In this document: positions 49,965 to 59,481 of the stretch, piece by piece | How positions within the stretch are numbered: the first letter of the stretch is position 1 | Layout: each line of letters begins with the position of its first letter | DNA from: Vulcanimicrobiota bacterium | GTDB lineage: Bacteria > Vulcanimicrobiota > Vulcanimicrobiia > Vulcanimicrobiales > Vulcanimicrobiaceae | DNA: 64,000 bases | Reading direction: 5' to 3' | Assembly (NCBI GenBank): GCA_963833095.1 | Contig: CAWHWQ010000002.1 | Span: 128,001-192,000 of the forward strand | Translations under genes and position numbers: made by a program | The notes under the pieces: generated by a model | Database searches by the model: none | Seen by the model: the letters and a program-made list of their open reading frames with translations, nothing else | Told to the model about the DNA's origin: nothing

Positions 49965-50411
49965 TCAGAACCGCACCATCATTACACCATTGCTCATGTT
50001 ACAGGGCTGCGATCCGGTGTTGGCCGGCTCGCGCACGTCCATCCGAAACCCGAGCGCCGTCGTTTGGGCGCCGGCTTGCGCCGATCGCTCCGCGACGTAT
50101 TCGAACGCGTACGATTGACCCGCTCGCAGCGGCGGAACGCCGCGCGAATCGAGCTTGGTGCTGCCCTTATAAATGTCGACGAATTGCAGCGTATTTGAGG
50201 CTTGCGCGGTGCTTCCCAAGTTCACGACTTTGCCGCTCAACCGGTAGTGATTGAGACCGCCGGATGACTGCATGCCCTTGACGGCGACCGAGACGATCGC
50301 CGGGTCAGCCCCCATACATGACGTCGCGGACGCCGGAGCGGGCTGCAAAAAAAGAAGCAACGCGAACGACCCTAAGGCGGCACCAGGCCGGATTGCCACA
50401 TTCGTACCCAT
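49965..50411 (-). CDS. Secreted Ig-like (CARDB-like) protein with two Cys
   Basis: Signal peptide ending ASA; V.N.G, VPPL.AGQS pattern; Cys near each end of the mature chain. Confidence 0.6.
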   Translation of the reverse strand: MGTNVAIRPGAALGSFALLLFLQPAPASATSCMGADPAIVSVAVKGMQSSGGLNHYRLSGKVVNLGSTAQASNTLQFVDIYKGSTKLDSRGVPPLRAGQSYAFEYVAERSAQAGAQTTALGFRMDVREPANTGSQPCNMSNGVMMVRF

Positions 50412-50463
50412 GGCACAACCTTAGCTTGGACGCGGTTGGGGCCGGTATAGTGAAAAACCCGGT

Positions 50464-51474
50464 TTAGGGCTCCTCGGGCACGCTGTCCCACCCGAGGACG
50501 CGCGCAATCAACTCCGTGCGATTCCGGCTTTCGGTCTTATCGACCATGCTCTTGATATGATCCTGAACCGTCGAGGTGGTGATGTTCAGGGCCTCGGCGA
50601 TTTCCTCGAGCTTGGCTCCGTCGAGTAACAGCGCGAGCACCTCGAGTTCGCGCGGTGAGATATGAAAGCGCGCAGCCGGCCCGACAAGTGAATGCGTCGG
50701 CTGAAAACGGTCGATCCGAACGCCGATGAAGAGGCCGGCCGGCCCGGTCACCGGCTGCGTATGCACGACGAGAAACGGCACCGGACGCGCGACGCCCGGA
50801 AGCTGCGTGGCGGGATCACTCTGCCAACCGGCAATCAGTTCGCGCACCGTCTCTTCAAGGACGGCCGGGAGACGATCGGAAAGTCGCGTGGTCAGCCCGG
50901 TGAGGGCGGCGCGGCGCTGTTCCTGCGACGTCCAGGTCATCACGATCTGCAAATCTTGGTCCAGAACGTAGTGCTCACCTTCGGGATTTTCGATGGGGTT
51001 TGGTGCGCTATCGCGATGCCCGGCGGTCGAACGGGCCTGCGCGCTGGCATTCAATCGCAGGGAAGACAGGCGCTCCGACCCCGAGTCGAGCGCCAACGTG
51101 AGCATCGCGATTTCGCTCGACGAGAACGGACCCAGCTCGCTCGTTCGAAGCAGCGTCAGAATCCCAAAGTTGGCTTTGCCGTCGGCAAAGAGCAGGGTGA
51201 CGCCGCTCGCGTAGTCGCCGAGCGGACCGAGTGTTGCGGCGATTCGCGGGCCCGTCCTCGATTTCTCGCGCTGACGCGAGACCTCGCCCTTGAGCGCAGC
51301 CAGCTCGCCGCCATCTCCACTCGAGCCGAGCAAATTGCCCAGGTCGCCGTCGGGCTGGGGCCGCGCGAAGGCCCAGCGCGACGCGGGAACGACGCGAAGG
51401 ATCGCCTTTACGATGGGATATGCCGGATCCGACTTCGGTATGGTGTCTACGATCACCATATCGCGCTTTTTCAC
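50464..51474 (-). CDS. LuxR-family transcriptional regulator with GAF-like N-terminal region
   Basis: ISPRELEVL.LL..G....EIA..L.IT..TVQDH..S...K....NR.EL. Confidence 0.88.
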   Translation of the reverse strand: MKKRDMVIVDTIPKSDPAYPIVKAILRVVPASRWAFARPQPDGDLGNLLGSSGDGGELAALKGEVSRQREKSRTGPRIAATLGPLGDYASGVTLLFADGKANFGILTLLRTSELGPFSSSEIAMLTLALDSGSERLSSLRLNASAQARSTAGHRDSAPNPIENPEGEHYVLDQDLQIVMTWTSQEQRRAALTGLTTRLSDRLPAVLEETVRELIAGWQSDPATQLPGVARPVPFLVVHTQPVTGPAGLFIGVRIDRFQPTHSLVGPAARFHISPRELEVLALLLDGAKLEEIAEALNITTSTVQDHIKSMVDKTESRNRTELIARVLGWDSVPEEP

Positions 51475-51542
51475 GATGGCTGCCTTTTACTGGGGGTGGT
51501 ACCTTGGGACCAACGATTCTTCGCGAGGAGCGCTAACATACC

Positions 51543-51938
51543 ATGGCCCGCACCTGTTGCTTGGCCGCCATTGCACCGGAAGACCTTCCCATGCTCACTG
51601 CCGCGTTGAACGCGGCTGTCGCCCATGCCGACGCGAGCATTGCCCAACTCGACGTCTCGGTTCTCCGAGCGCTCGCGCCCGACGTGCTCGTCATCGACAT
51701 CGATCGATTGGACGTGGATCCGATCGAAGCGATCCGTCAGCTCCGCTTCGTGCTGCCGGATTGCGTCATCGTCGTCTACACGAGCGGCACGAACTCCGAG
51801 GTGGTCCGCGCCTGCCATAACGCCGGCGCGAATTGTCTGCTTTCAAAAGCTTCGGACGAAGCACAACTTGCTGCCGGGCTCCGCCGTGCGATGTGGAGCG
51901 GCTGCTTTACCGACCCTCGATTCGTCTCATCATTTTAA
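51543..51938 (+). CDS. Atypical stand-alone receiver domain
   Basis: PDVLVIDID, VVYT, AGA.CLLSK; lacks the N-terminal acidic pair after beta1. Confidence 0.75.
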   Translation: MARTCCLAAIAPEDLPMLTAALNAAVAHADASIAQLDVSVLRALAPDVLVIDIDRLDVDPIEAIRQLRFVLPDCVIVVYTSGTNSEVVRACHNAGANCLLSKASDEAQLAAGLRRAMWSGCFTDPRFVSSF

Positions 51939-52208
51939 CGCATTAATCGCGCTCTGACCTACACGTAGCAAACCGCCACACGAACGGCGGCGGGTACTCG
52001 CTTCACGCGGCGCTCGCGTGCGCCGAGGTGTTTCAACGAGCGATCGGATTCGATGTAAACCTCGAGCGTATCGCAGAAGTCAATAAAGACTGCGACGCTG
52101 AGACGAAGCTCCACCGTCAATTCGTGCTGGTAGCAAATCTCGCAGGGTTTGGAGCGTGGCTCTTTCGCCACCCGGTCGGCGGCAACACGAAGCATCCCGG
52201 ACTGTTCG

Positions 52209-52967
52209 TCAAGGCTCGGCGTCCGGACTCAGACACGCGATGATCGTTTGGATCACACGCTTGGTGTCCTCGGGATCGCGGACGGCGATGCAGTCGACGC
52301 CCGCCTGTAACGCGGCGTAGTCGTTCCCTCCAGGGAAAATCGCATCGCCGACGTACAGCATTTGCTCGATCGGTACGTGGAGGACGTCGCGAAGCTTGTG
52401 AATCCCGTACGCCTTATCGATGCCGGGCCGCGTCACGTCGATCGACGTCGTGCCGCCGAGTCGCACCGAGAAGTTGGGCAACGTCCCATCGAGGATCGCC
52501 TGAATCGCCTTGCGTTTAGCGAAGCCGGGATCCCAGGTTTCCTTCGCCTCTAGCGGCGCTTGTTGACCCAGCGCCGAGTAGGTGATCTGCGTTCCCCGAT
52601 CTTCGATGCGTTCGCCCCACGTTTGCGCCGGTTGAAATCCCGCCTGCGCGACGGCTTTTTCGAGCTCTGCTTCAATGACGTGTCTTTCCGCGTCGCTTAA
52701 ATCTTCCGAATACAATTTACGCCACTGGCCGTCATAGCTGAAGAACTTCGTTCCGCTCGTCGGTAGGAGCGAAAGGTTTTTCAGCGCGCTGCCGGCCGGG
52801 AGACGATCGATCACTTGCGTTTGGAACTGTGGCAGGTCGCCGCCGGAAATGATGGCGACTTTTACCACCTTGAGCAGGCCGGCGAGTAGTCCCGTCATCT
52901 CATCATCGAGCGCTGATTTGCTCTTCGCCAGGGTGCCATCTAAATCGAACACGATCAGGTTCTTCAT
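52209..52967 (-). CDS. HAD-IIB hydrolase, phosphomannomutase-like
   Basis: FDLDGTL, ISGG, EDRGTQI, GGTTSID, GDAIFPGGND. Confidence 0.88.
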   Translation of the reverse strand: MKNLIVFDLDGTLAKSKSALDDEMTGLLAGLLKVVKVAIISGGDLPQFQTQVIDRLPAGSALKNLSLLPTSGTKFFSYDGQWRKLYSEDLSDAERHVIEAELEKAVAQAGFQPAQTWGERIEDRGTQITYSALGQQAPLEAKETWDPGFAKRKAIQAILDGTLPNFSVRLGGTTSIDVTRPGIDKAYGIHKLRDVLHVPIEQMLYVGDAIFPGGNDYAALQAGVDCIAVRDPEDTKRVIQTIIACLSPDAEP

Positions 52968-52984
52968 CGCGACCACCCTTCCAC

Positions 52985-53974
52985 TTAGGGTTGCATCGTC
53001 AGGAGTTCGAATGTCCCGGGCACGGCGCGGAATCGGTCGCGTGGCGAGGTCGCGTTCGGATTTTCGATCATCTTTGCCGTGACGAGAAAGACGTTGCCGG
53101 TTGAGGGATCGAGTTCCATCGTCCGCGCGCCGATCACCGTCGTGGCATTTTGAACGACGGCGAAGTGGTTGGGATCATCCTCGTGCACGACGGTCAGCGT
53201 TGCATCTCGTCCATTCGACGCAAATGCAAGACCGGTGTTCGCATCGAACCGGGTCGCGTCGGTGCCGGCGCCCGTCGGAAGCGTCGCGATCACGTTGCCG
53301 CTATCGGCGTCAACCACGCCCATCTGTCCCTGACACGCGGGGAAGAGACGCCGGTGCTGCCGATCCATCGAGAGCCCCGAGGGATGTTGGCAGGCGCCGA
53401 GCGCAAAACGCTTGACGATCGTTGCGCTGCGCGCATCGATCGCCACGATCTCACTCGTGCTTTCGATATTGTCGTAGACCATGCCGTGCCCGTCGACGGC
53501 AGGAAATTCCGGCCGTCCACCTAGCGGAATCGTCGCAACGACAGTGTCGGTTTGCGCATCGATCGCGGTTGCGTCGTTGCTGCCGCCGTTGAAGGTAAAG
53601 ACGCGCTTGGTCGCGGGGTCGTACGCGATGCCGTCGGGATTCTTGGCATCGGTGTGAATCGTCGTGAGGACCTTGAGCGACGCGAGATCGAACACGGTCA
53701 CCGTGCCGTCGCCGCCATTCGAGGTGAAGCCCCGGCCGAGATCAGCGGCGATTGCGATGCCGTGCACACCCGGGGTATTGCGAATGTCACCAACGACGCG
53801 ACCACTCGCAGAATCGACGACCATGACGTGGGTCGAGCGTGAAATGAACAGGTGCTTCGTCGACGGATCGATACTGAGGTAGTCCCAGCCGCCATCGCCG
53901 CCGAGCACGTGCGTGGCAGCCAGATGGTAATTCGCGAGAGCGGCGGCCACGAAAATGGCGGCAAGAAATCTCAT
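52985..53974 (-). CDS. Secreted YncE-family beta-propeller
   Basis: GGWDY, GVHGIA, NPDGIAYD, GARTM.LD repeats. Confidence 0.85.
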   Translation of the reverse strand: MRFLAAIFVAAALANYHLAATHVLGGDGGWDYLSIDPSTKHLFISRSTHVMVVDSASGRVVGDIRNTPGVHGIAIAADLGRGFTSNGGDGTVTVFDLASLKVLTTIHTDAKNPDGIAYDPATKRVFTFNGGSNDATAIDAQTDTVVATIPLGGRPEFPAVDGHGMVYDNIESTSEIVAIDARSATIVKRFALGACQHPSGLSMDRQHRRLFPACQGQMGVVDADSGNVIATLPTGAGTDATRFDANTGLAFASNGRDATLTVVHEDDPNHFAVVQNATTVIGARTMELDPSTGNVFLVTAKMIENPNATSPRDRFRAVPGTFELLTMQP

Positions 53975-54011
53975 GCCTGCCTATCGGCGCCGGGCCGCGC
54001 GGACTCCTCCG

Positions 54012-54206
54012 CTACTTCTTGTAGGTGTTCTCGATCCCAGGGTACGGCTTTTGGACGTAGCTATACTTCTCGCCGCAGACGCGGCAGATGTTTAGCGGAC
54101 TACCGAAATGCTCGTGCGGAGGATAGATTTTTGCCGCAGCGGGCGCGCGTTTCTTGACGACGCGAACGGGGACGAGGGCGGGCTCGGGAGCGGTTTTGGG
54201 CTCCAT
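54012..54206 (-). CDS. Small protein with HxH..CxxC motif
   Basis: 64 aa, ..PPHEHFGSPLNICRVCGEKY.. Confidence 0.55.
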   Translation of the reverse strand: MEPKTAPEPALVPVRVVKKRAPAAAKIYPPHEHFGSPLNICRVCGEKYSYVQKPYPGIENTYKK

Positions 54207-54337
54207 CGATATATGTACGTTTCCGGCTCTCGAGCTGAGAGCTGCACGCATTCAGAATTGAAGACGCACTAGCGTTATTCGCGATTTCACGAAAATCGGC
54301 CTCTGTGGTAGAGTTAATCCCCCAGAGGAGAGCCACG

Positions 54338-54955
54338 ATGACGCGTCCGCATGAAGATCTCCAGCATCATACCGCCGTCGATCACCGCCCCGGCGGCTCA
54401 CCACTTGCGTTAGCAAAAAACGTGTGGTGTGCGATCGATCTCGTCCACGTGAAGAGCGATCGCGTCAGTGCCGGAATCTCGGCCTACGAAACGCTGATCG
54501 AAGAAGCGAAAAAATCCGCGGCGAAAGTTGGGCGCGCTGCGATCCTACGAGCGGGCGACGATCGCAGGATCCTTGCGTTGATCGAAGTCGGCGGTCACGA
54601 TGCGTTCAAACACGTGCAATCGGCGTGGGACGACCATCATCTCCTCGCGGAGCATCGCACCGTTGCCGAATCCAGCAAGCTGACGCTCTACCAAGTGATC
54701 GCCATGACGGGTGACTGCGCACTCGACCCGCAATCGAAGGATGCTTACGCGGTCGAAGGCTTCCCCACGGGCCCTCAACACGTTGCGCAACTCATCGCCA
54801 CGCTGGCCCCGGCGCAGGGGTTTCTCGGCGCCCTCCTCTTTGGGACCGACGACGCGACGAAATCTCTCGTGATCTATCGCTTCGAACACGCAGCGCAAAT
54901 CGAGGGGCTGCGCGCAGCAGCGCAGCCCGTTCACCCGGTTAAGACATTCGCGTAG
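54338..54955 (+). CDS. Hypothetical protein, possible tandem ABM/ferredoxin-like folds, His-rich
   Basis: GAGGAG RBS; HEDLQHH, GHDAFKH..WDDHHL, GFLGA. Confidence 0.65.
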   Translation: MTRPHEDLQHHTAVDHRPGGSPLALAKNVWCAIDLVHVKSDRVSAGISAYETLIEEAKKSAAKVGRAAILRAGDDRRILALIEVGGHDAFKHVQSAWDDHHLLAEHRTVAESSKLTLYQVIAMTGDCALDPQSKDAYAVEGFPTGPQHVAQLIATLAPAQGFLGALLFGTDDATKSLVIYRFEHAAQIEGLRAAAQPVHPVKTFA

Positions 54956-54956
54956 G

Positions 54957-55130
54957 TTAGGACTTTCGCGAAACCTTCTCGAGTGCCTCAATCGCGTAGC
55001 GCCGGCGGCGCGGACCACCTTCGGAGGCCTTGAGGAATTCGACTTCCACTTGCGCATCGGGATGGACGGCGGTAACCACCGCGACTTCGTCTTCGTCCTT
55101 CACGACCACATGATCGCCAACGTGAATCAT
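54957..55130 (-). CDS. 57-aa small beta-barrel (SH3/KOW-like) protein, below the ORF-track cutoff
   Basis: Manual translation MIHVGDHVVVKDEDEVAVVTAVHPDAQVEVEFLKASEGGPRRRRYAIEALEKVSRKS; fills the gap between genes. Confidence 0.65.
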   Translation of the reverse strand: MIHVGDHVVVKDEDEVAVVTAVHPDAQVEVEFLKASEGGPRRRRYAIEALEKVSRKS

Positions 55131-55195
55131 TCCATCGGCATATGATAGGCGCTCGCCAGGTCCTTCATCGAAGATCCCGGACCAAGGAGGGGCCT

Positions 55196-57073
55196 ATGCG
55201 CGGGATGCTGTCGCAGATCCGGTTCCAGGCGATTGTCGTCGCTCTGGTTCCGATTGCGGTGCTCGCCGCGATGCTCGCCTATACGATCGCCACCCGCAAC
55301 TCGACGGGCGTTACGGCCTTTTGGGCCGACCACACGGAGCGGGTCATCGAAGCCAATGATACGCTGACGAATGCGCTGGCCGAAGAGAGCCGCACTGCCG
55401 CACTTCATCACGACATCGCTGGATTCGAACGCGCGAGGCGAGAAACGAGCCGGCGCGCGACCGCGTTGCTCGCGGCCGCAAACGCGACACCCGCCGAACG
55501 GCGCCAAGCCCAAATTTACGTCAGCACGGTACGTTCGGCCGATCGCGTTCTGGCTTCAGGAGCTACTCCGTCTCAACGATTGGCGGCGCAGCTCAACATT
55601 GCTAAGCGCGACGTCGACAAATCCCAACGCATTCTAGCGGTGACGGCGCTTCGCGCCGCCAGCGACTACCTCACGCGTTTTTCGACGATCATTCTTGTCA
55701 CGCTGCTCGGCGGCGTTGTGCTTTTCCTAATCCTCGCCGGAGGATTCGGCACACACGTCTGGCTGCGCGCCCGGCACTTGCGTAGTAACGCGCGGGCGCT
55801 ACGCGCCGGACGCGATCCCGATCCGCTTCCCGGCGGCGACGAACTCGCGGTCGCCGAACGCGAGTACCGCGGTTTGCTGGAACGGTTGCAGCAAGAGCAC
55901 AACAACGTCGCCGTCTTGCAGCAAGCTTTGCTCCCGCAAACCTTGCCTAGCGTGCCCGGCGTGCGGATCGACGCCTCGTACGCGCCGTCGACCGAAAACG
56001 CCGACGTGGGCGGCGACTGGTATGACGTCTTTACGCTTGGCGACGGCCGCTTGGGCGTCAGCGTCGGAGATGTCGCCGGACACGGACTGCAGGCATCGAG
56101 CATGATGGCGCAGATTCGGCAATCCGTGCGCATGGCCGCCCGGTTGTACGATCAGCCGGTCAGCGTGCTCCAAGCCGTCAATCGCGCGCTCTATGAAGAC
56201 GGCGGACTGCTCGCCACGCTCTTCTACGGCGAGCTCTCGCTCAATACCGGATTGCTGGTGTATGCTTCGGCGGGTCATCCGCTTCCGATTACCGTTCAAG
56301 CGCGCGGCGTTGTCGAGCAGATTCCGGGCGGCGGTCTCATTATGGGTGCGCAGCGCAACGTCGAGTATCGACAATATTCGCTCACGCTCGACGCGGGATC
56401 GGCCATCGTGCTCTTCACCGACGGCTTGGTCGAGAGCGGAACGCGAACGGAATACGACTACGACGCCGGGATACAACGCTTAATCGACGTCGTGAACCGC
56501 CAGTATTACAGCGCGACCGAAAACATCGCGCAAGCAATTCAGCGTGACGTGCTCGAAGGACGCCCGCAGCTCGACGATGCCGCAGTACTGTTCATCGGCG
56601 TCACCGACGTCGGCTTCGCGCGTGGAAACGCGACAAAAACCTGGGCAATCGACGCGCGCAGCGCGTCTGCGGCTCGGCGCGCGAAGCGCGCATTTCTCTG
56701 GCGTTTGGGTGAATTTGCGCCCGACGGCACCGATCTCTCCGCGCCTGAGCTCATCTTCGGCGAACTGGTGGGCAACGTTGCGCGTCACACGCCGGGAATG
56801 GCGGAGATCACGCTCGAGGTCGACGATAACGTCGCACTGTTGCACGTTCGCGACGAAGGGCCGCCGATCGTGCATGCGGTGTCGCGTCCGGAAGATTTGG
56901 CCGAGGGCGGTCGCGGCTTATTGCTCGTGGAGAGCATGGCCCGCGATCTCACGATCGGTCGCACGGCCAACGGCAATCATGTGACGGTGGTGTTGCCCAT
57001 CACGCTTAACCGGCGTGAAGCCGGGCCGCGTGCGCCGGCGCGACCGTTGCGCCAGCGCACGCTTCCAGCATAG
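55196..57073 (+). CDS. Membrane sensor + HAMP-like + SpoIIE/PP2C + RsbW-like HATPase
   Basis: 2 TM; VGGDWYD, GDVAGHG, SAGHP, FTDGL, DDAA; ELVGNVARH, GGRGL; AAGGAGG RBS. Confidence 0.9.
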   Translation: MRGMLSQIRFQAIVVALVPIAVLAAMLAYTIATRNSTGVTAFWADHTERVIEANDTLTNALAEESRTAALHHDIAGFERARRETSRRATALLAAANATPAERRQAQIYVSTVRSADRVLASGATPSQRLAAQLNIAKRDVDKSQRILAVTALRAASDYLTRFSTIILVTLLGGVVLFLILAGGFGTHVWLRARHLRSNARALRAGRDPDPLPGGDELAVAEREYRGLLERLQQEHNNVAVLQQALLPQTLPSVPGVRIDASYAPSTENADVGGDWYDVFTLGDGRLGVSVGDVAGHGLQASSMMAQIRQSVRMAARLYDQPVSVLQAVNRALYEDGGLLATLFYGELSLNTGLLVYASAGHPLPITVQARGVVEQIPGGGLIMGAQRNVEYRQYSLTLDAGSAIVLFTDGLVESGTRTEYDYDAGIQRLIDVVNRQYYSATENIAQAIQRDVLEGRPQLDDAAVLFIGVTDVGFARGNATKTWAIDARSASAARRAKRAFLWRLGEFAPDGTDLSAPELIFGELVGNVARHTPGMAEITLEVDDNVALLHVRDEGPPIVHAVSRPEDLAEGGRGLLLVESMARDLTIGRTANGNHVTVVLPITLNRREAGPRAPARPLRQRTLPA

Positions 57074-57082
57074 ACCGATAGG

Positions 57083-57738
57083 TTAGGCGCCGAGTTTGAT
57101 GACGCGCGATCGGCTTGGTGGTCGGTTGCTGCGAGCCGCCCGCCGGCTCCACACTGATCGCGGTTGCCGCGGTGTTTGCTGCGTTCGCGGGGATCGTCAC
57201 CAGGGCGCTGCCGTGCTCGTCCGGGGTAAACGTGACCGACGGCGTCACTGTTTTCGCGCCTTTTGCCAGCGTCCACATCTGATACACCTTGCCTACCGGT
57301 AGCGCGGGCAAGCCATGCAGCACGATGAAGAGCCGGTCGGGCGCAACCAGCACGTCGCCTTGCGCGAACGCAACGCGGCGCGCGGCCGAGAGATCCGCGA
57401 TCGTCGCATGCTGTTGCTCGACGACCAGACCAAGGCCCGCAGCGAGCAGCAAACAAGCCGCAGCCAGTGCATACGGCAGGGCATACGATGAGCGCTTCGA
57501 GCGCGATCCTTGCGCCCCGAACCTCCTTCATAATACGCATCTTGAGCAATGGGCTTGGAACCGCTTCGCTTTCGCCCGCAATTCCGACCGCACTTACGAC
57601 TGGGCGCAATGCGTCGTACTCGGCGCAGCACTCGTCGCACGTGCGCATGTGTGCCGCGACTGCGCGCGCTTCCCCAGCGTCCAGCGTCCCGAGCGCGAAG
57701 GCAGCGACGTTGTCGAGCATCTCGTCGTGCGCATTCAT
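57083..57738 (-). CDS. Anti-sigma factor RskA-like; two apparent frameshifts (near 57508 and 57104)
   Basis: H...C..C zinc motif (HMRTCDEC), TM, GKVYQMW, AISVEPAGGS.QPT. Confidence 0.82.
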
Positions 57739-58269
57739 ACTGCAACCACTCCGTCGAGGGCGGCGCGCAACTTGCGCAGCGCGGCGCGGATGCGCGTCTT
57801 GACCGTGCCAAGCGGGGTGTCCGTACGCCGTGCCAACTCTTGATGCGTCAGCCCACCAAAGAAGCCGAGCGTAATGAGCATGCGTTCGGATTCGGAGAGC
57901 TGCCCGAGCGCGCGGCGAACGCTCTCGCCGTTGAGGTGCGCAAACGCCGTATCTTCAAGCGCATCTTGCTCGGGCATCGATTCGGGCAGCTCGACCTGCG
58001 GGTGTGCCGCTCGCGCGCGCATGAGATCGAGCGCTCGATTACGCGTCACGCGCACGAGCCAACCAGAGAAATTTCCCTCGCGAAACGATTCGGGTGCGCT
58101 CCACAACTTGAGGAACACGGCTCTGCGTCACGTCTTCCGCGCTCCCGGGATCGTTGAGCACCCGCAGAGCCACGCCATAGACGAGCCGGTGATAGGCATC
58201 GTAGAGCGCTTCAAAGGCGTCGGAATCGCGGGCGCGCACACGCTCCATGAGCTCGCTTGCGTTGACCAC
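57735..58269 (-). CDS. ECF sigma-70 factor (SigK-like); apparent extra base at 58122
   Basis: DAFEALYD, AEDVTQ-AVFLKLW, WL....RNRALD, GLTHQE.A....PLGTVKTRIR. Confidence 0.88.
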
Positions 58270-58616
58270 AAAGCCGTTTCTTCGCCACCGTTCATCGTCA
58301 TAACCCTTTAGTAAGATGAACGTGGACGACGGCGTTATGGATTCATGGTTACTGCTGCGGCGGCCACTGAAGCATGCGGTAGACGCGGGCGAGCGATCGC
58401 AGGCTGCGTATCTCGGAATGCTCGAATTCCGCGACCGTGGCTTCGAGGTCGTCCTGGCGCGCTTTAGCGCGGACGTCGTGCACGATTGAGGCGGCTTGGG
58501 AAAGAATCTCTGAGTGGTCCATGGGGTCCCATATACCCTTATTTTGCGTTTTTGGGTACCTTTAGAGGACAATCGGCAGCCTAGGGCCCGCATGTTAGGA
58601 ACGGTGTGATACCGAT

Positions 58617-59219
58617 ATGTCGCTTTGGGAACAGCTTCTGGTTATCGCCGCCTTCGGCCAGGTGATCGTCATCGGCGTCGGCGCGATTTTCGCGTATCTG
58701 CAAATTGGTGGTTTGCGCCGGCAGCAGGAAGCTCAGCTGATCCGCGAGATTTTCGCCACGTTTAACGAGCCGGGGTTTGCCGGCGCGCTCGACTTCGTCT
58801 ATAACGGTCTCTCGAAAAGGCTGACCGAACCGGCCTACGTCGAGCAGATCGCCCAAGGCCGCGCCACGGTCGAAACGCACCGCGAATTGATCGTGCTGCA
58901 TTTTTTCAACGAACTTGGCCTGCTGGTGCACGAGAAGATGGTCGGCGAGCGGCCGATCGTGTTCATCGTTGCCTCACCAGCCATGCGTGCGTGGGAGCAG
59001 CTCGCTCCCGTCATCGAATTGATGCGCCGCCACTTTCCCCACGCGTATACGCCGTATGAGTCGCTGGTCGTTCGTGCGCGCGCGATCGATCTTTCGACGA
59101 TCAACGCGCGATTTATGGCCGAGACGCCCCAGCTGCGCGAGCAGTGGGAAAGCACCGCGCGCGACCTCGCGGACGCTAGCGACCGTTCTGCGTCAGCAAG
59201 TAGTCCACAATCGCGCTGA
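58617..59219 (+). CDS. Hypothetical protein with N-terminal TM (DUF4760-like)
   Basis: TM ending FAYLQI; FFNELGLLV, W..L.PVI...R, YESL pattern. Confidence 0.65.
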   Translation: MSLWEQLLVIAAFGQVIVIGVGAIFAYLQIGGLRRQQEAQLIREIFATFNEPGFAGALDFVYNGLSKRLTEPAYVEQIAQGRATVETHRELIVLHFFNELGLLVHEKMVGERPIVFIVASPAMRAWEQLAPVIELMRRHFPHAYTPYESLVVRARAIDLSTINARFMAETPQLREQWESTARDLADASDRSASASSPQSR

Positions 59220-59481
59220 CGTTGCTGTCGGCGACCGGCGCACCGTAGGCCTTCTGCATTTTGACCACTTCGGCGGTCCATTGCTTGCGATTGAGCGGCG
59301 GTTGCGTGTAGACGTACGCCGCGGAGTGGCAGGTCCGGCAGTTCGCGGTCGCGAGGTCAGCGCCCGGTCCCGGTTTGAATTCCACGTTGTCGCTCGGCAG
59401 GGTGATCGTCACGGTCGATGCGGCTGCGCCGAGGATCAGCACCGCACTAGCGAGAGCAGCGATACGAATGACGTCCCTCAT
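59176..59481 (-). CDS. sorB: Monoheme cytochrome c, SorB-like
   Basis: Signal peptide, CRTCH, QP, W..EV.KM..AYGAP. Confidence 0.85.
   Translation of the reverse strand: MRDVIRIAALASAVLILGAAASTVTITLPSDNVEFKPGPGADLATANCRTCHSAAYVYTQPPLNRKQWTAEVVKMQKAYGAPVADSNVSAIVDYLLTQNGR

Noticed and set aside
51960..52243. Short ORFs on both strands between the receiver gene and the HAD gene
   Set aside because: No clear start signals or family motifs; possibly a gene fragment
54300..54330. CCTCTG..CAGAGG hairpin that could sequester the RBS (riboswitch or thermometer)
   Set aside because: A TGn-TAGAGT extended -10 lies in the loop, so the 5' arm is probably not transcribed; no known aptamer motif recognised
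57083..58269. SigK/RskA pair as true pseudogenes
   Set aside because: No premature stops or decay other than single extra bases, the same pattern as in essential ftsI
58316..58489. 57-aa ORF divergent from the ECF sigma gene
   Set aside because: No RBS or motif support; left uncalled
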